A stretch of 55,863 bases of DNA from a virus (lineage: Duplodnaviria; Heunggongvirae; Uroviricota; Caudoviricetes): IMG/VR virus record IMGVR_UViG_3300048850_000049, positions 1 to 55,863 of that record; one strand, 5' to 3'. Shown here piece after piece: positions 53,926 through 55,863 of this stretch. The translations under genes and the position numbers were made by a program. Below the pieces are notes generated by a model. The model was given only the letters and a program-made list of their open reading frames with translations, did not search any database and had not been told where the DNA came from. Positions within the stretch are counted from its first letter, which is position 1. Each line of letters begins with the position of its first letter.

Positions 53926-54678
53926 ATGTCGCATCTGATTACCGCATTTACTACTGAACTCGAAGCCGAGCGCGTTGATACGCTCGAAAACGATTATATC
54001 GTTTCCAATTTCATCAACACCGAATTTCAGGGCTATGACCGGCAGGGCTGGGAGAAGAAGTGGTTCGACTACCGTCACATGACGACCCTGCAGGCAACGC
54101 ACGCTTACATGGAAGCTTACACCGGCGTTTATCAGCGCATCTATGCCCGCGAGTTTGACCGCGAACGCGCCGAGTTTATCAAGCCCCTCAACTTCGACCT
54201 GATCCTTGCCGCGCTCCGCCCCGGCGCTCAGGCAGACAAGGCGAAAGTCACGAAGGCCAAGAAGCAGCTAGTCGGATGCTGGCGCGGCCGTCAGATCGCT
54301 GACATGCTCTGTATGCCCTATGCTGTGTATCTCGACTGCGTTTTCACCTACAGAATGCGCGCCTGGAAGCAGAACAACATGCCGCAGCCGTCCCATCTGT
54401 ATCATCGCATCGATGTCGAAAAGACCGCTGATCGATGGGAAGAACTCAAGGCATCGCGTCTCTATCTGGCCGAGCATTCTGCCTATCTCGTTCAAAATTA
54501 CGAGGATCTCCAGCAGCAGAACGACTACCACGAATACCTATTCGGGCTGGCTGAAATGCGCCAGAACGCGCCTTTTTATATCGCCACGTTCATTGAGGAA
54601 CATCGTTTGCCGCTCGACAAGGCACGGGCTCGATATGACGATCACGTTTGGAACCAGGTAGAGAGCTACCTGCAGTAG
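53926..54678 (+). CDS. Hypothetical replication-region protein
   Basis: 250-aa ORF immediately upstream of the replicative helicase; WFDYRHM motif. Confidence 0.75.
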   Translation: MSHLITAFTTELEAERVDTLENDYIVSNFINTEFQGYDRQGWEKKWFDYRHMTTLQATHAYMEAYTGVYQRIYAREFDRERAEFIKPLNFDLILAALRPGAQADKAKVTKAKKQLVGCWRGRQIADMLCMPYAVYLDCVFTYRMRAWKQNNMPQPSHLYHRIDVEKTADRWEELKASRLYLAEHSAYLVQNYEDLQQQNDYHEYLFGLAEMRQNAPFYIATFIEEHRLPLDKARARYDDHVWNQVESYLQ

Positions 54679-54730
54679 TCCCACAGCGATATCGCTATAA
54701 CAAGAATGTGCGTTTTTACGCTTGCTGTTA

Positions 54731-54748
54731 TAAGTAAGCACTTACTTA
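54731..54748. promoter_or_regulatory. 18-bp operator upstream of the helicase gene
   Basis: TAAGTAA-gcac-TTACTTA. Confidence 0.85.
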
Positions 54749-54765
54749 TGGAAAAGGAGCTATCT

Positions 54766-55863
54766 GTGACTGATGAGGTAGCACAGTTCGAATTTGACCA
54801 GAGTTTTCAGACGAAGATCGCCGCGCTGTTTCTGCGCGACACGACCTTCGCGATGAAGGTCAAGGACTTGATCCGGCCGGAATACTTTACCGAAGATGCG
54901 ACCGGAACCCTTATCCGTATCGTTCAGGAGCATGTGAAAACCTATCGCTCCGTTCCCGACTTGAAGATCCTGCCGACGATCCTGAGGGATGAGATCGCGG
55001 CAAAGCGCATCCGGCCCGATATGGTCGACGCTGTGAAGAAGATGGTGAAGGAAGCGATCACCGCAAACCTTTCTAACCCTGATTACGTCACGGACAAGGT
55101 AAGCGACTTCGCCAAGACCCAGGCGATCATTCAGGCGATGGAGAAGTCCATTCCGCTGCTCGAGAAGGGTGAGTTCGCCAAGATCGCCACGATCATGAAG
55201 GAGGCGGGCGCTGTCGGCGCAGTGCTTGACGGTGGCGACTACGATTACTTTGCCGAAATTGGTGCCAGGACGCAGGAGCGACACGACCTAAAGGCCGGCA
55301 AGATCATCCGTAATGGCATCACGACCGGCTACTCGGCACTCGACGCTCATCTCTATCACTTCGGATGGGGCCGTAAGGAACTCTCCTGCATGATGGGTGC
55401 GGCCAAGGCCGGTAAGTCGATGTCCCTTGGTGACTTCGGCAAGAACGCCTCTATGGCCGGCTATAACGTTCTCTACGACAGCCTCGAGGTGGCGAAAGAG
55501 ATCATCGCCGGCCGCGTTGATGCGGCGCTCTCCGATACGATGATGCGGGAGCTGCACAAGGATCCTGACAAGGTCAAAGCGCAAATCGAGGCGATCGCGG
55601 CCAAGTCGGGTCATTTCAAGCTGCGCGATCACGCTTCCGGCACGTTGAAGCCCTCGCAGCTGCACCGCCTGATCGATAACTATCGCGCTGACGGGATCAT
55701 CTTCGATCTGGTCATTGTCGACTATGCCGACATCATGGCAGCTGAATATCGCTCGGACTCGCTGCAGGAAAACCTGCGCACGATCTACATTGATCTGCGC
55801 GCGCTCGCCCACGAACTGAATTGTGCCGTTCTGACGGCAACGCAGACCAATCGTGATGGCGCG
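54766..55863 (+). CDS. DnaB-like (SF4) replicative helicase, 3' truncated by the window
   Basis: AAGGAG RBS + GTG; translated by hand: MGAAKAGKS Walker A, SLE, IVDYADIM, TATQTNR; absent from the ORF track because no stop lies in the window. Confidence 0.88.
   Translation, partial: MTDEVAQFEFDQSFQTKIAALFLRDTTFAMKVKDLIRPEYFTEDATGTLIRIVQEHVKTYRSVPDLKILPTILRDEIAAKRIRPDMVDAVKKMVKEAITANLSNPDYVTDKVSDFAKTQAIIQAMEKSIPLLEKGEFAKIATIMKEAGAVGAVLDGGDYDYFAEIGARTQERHDLKAGKIIRNGITTGYSALDAHLYHFGWGRKELSCMMGAAKAGKSMSLGDFGKNASMAGYNVLYDSLEVAKEIIAGRVDAALSDTMMRELHKDPDKVKAQIEAIAAKSGHFKLRDHASGTLKPSQLHRLIDNYRADGIIFDLVIVDYADIMAAEYRSDSLQENLRTIYIDLRALAHELNCAVLTATQTNRDGA

Larger units (their letters stand above)
272..55863. 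mobile_element. Large temperate siphovirus-type phage-plasmid or prophage, partial (continues past the right edge)
   Basis: Complete head, tail and lysis modules; ParA + RHH partition genes with repeat arrays; own tRNA, helicases, dNMP kinase and PhoH; no integrase seen. Gene order resembles SSU5/pHCM2-like and rhizobial RHEph10/pLM21S1-like elements (from recollection, not searched). Confidence 0.92.

Noticed and set aside
11134-54748. 18-bp palindromes or 8-bp arrays as a CRISPR array
   Set aside because: The palindromes are single and dispersed, and the octamers are contiguous without spacers; no cas genes.
19322-55812. Long antisense ORFs in the track (e.g. 19322..20173, 22701..23852, 25387..26307, 32225..33943, 54760..55284, 55288..55812)
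   Set aside because: Shadows of high-GC3 plus-strand genes that carry clear family motifs.

Overview
Apart from the first ~330 bp (3' end of a FadL/OmpP1-type outer-membrane gene), the window is a contiguous ~55-kb piece of a large temperate siphovirus-type phage-plasmid. The host is probably Rhizobiaceae, inferred from a DUF982 gene, an alphaproteobacterial LexA box and the FadL type. No integrase or att site is visible. Order: small early/accessory genes (1-11.1 kb); a phage-borne initiator-type tRNA-Met; Acb2-like and Ntn-hydrolase genes; type Ib ParA + RHH partition genes with dispersed 8-bp parS-like arrays; dNMP kinase; SF2 helicase; a 2xParB-N / ABC ATPase / Mom-like GNAT cluster; terminase, portal, scaffold, capsid; lambda-like tail (G/GT frameshift, TMP, M, L, K, I, J); lysis cassette; T5 A1-like metallophosphoesterase; side fibre; PhoH; start of a DnaB-like helicase. 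Fifteen perfect TAAGTAA-N4-TTACTTA operators mark the operons from 11.1 kb onward. The most striking observation is 10200-10916: 717 bp without a single GG or CC dinucleotide. It covers the -10 box, leader, GG-free ribosome-binding site and the whole CDS of a 202-aa protein lacking Gly, Pro and Trp, which is a paralog of an ordinary gene 1.4 kb away. My inference is a 'modification-proof' first-expressed gene, paired with a packaging-linked ParB/ABC/GNAT system that modifies GG/CC in virion DNA. All protein assignments come from motif recognition by eye; no searches were run.
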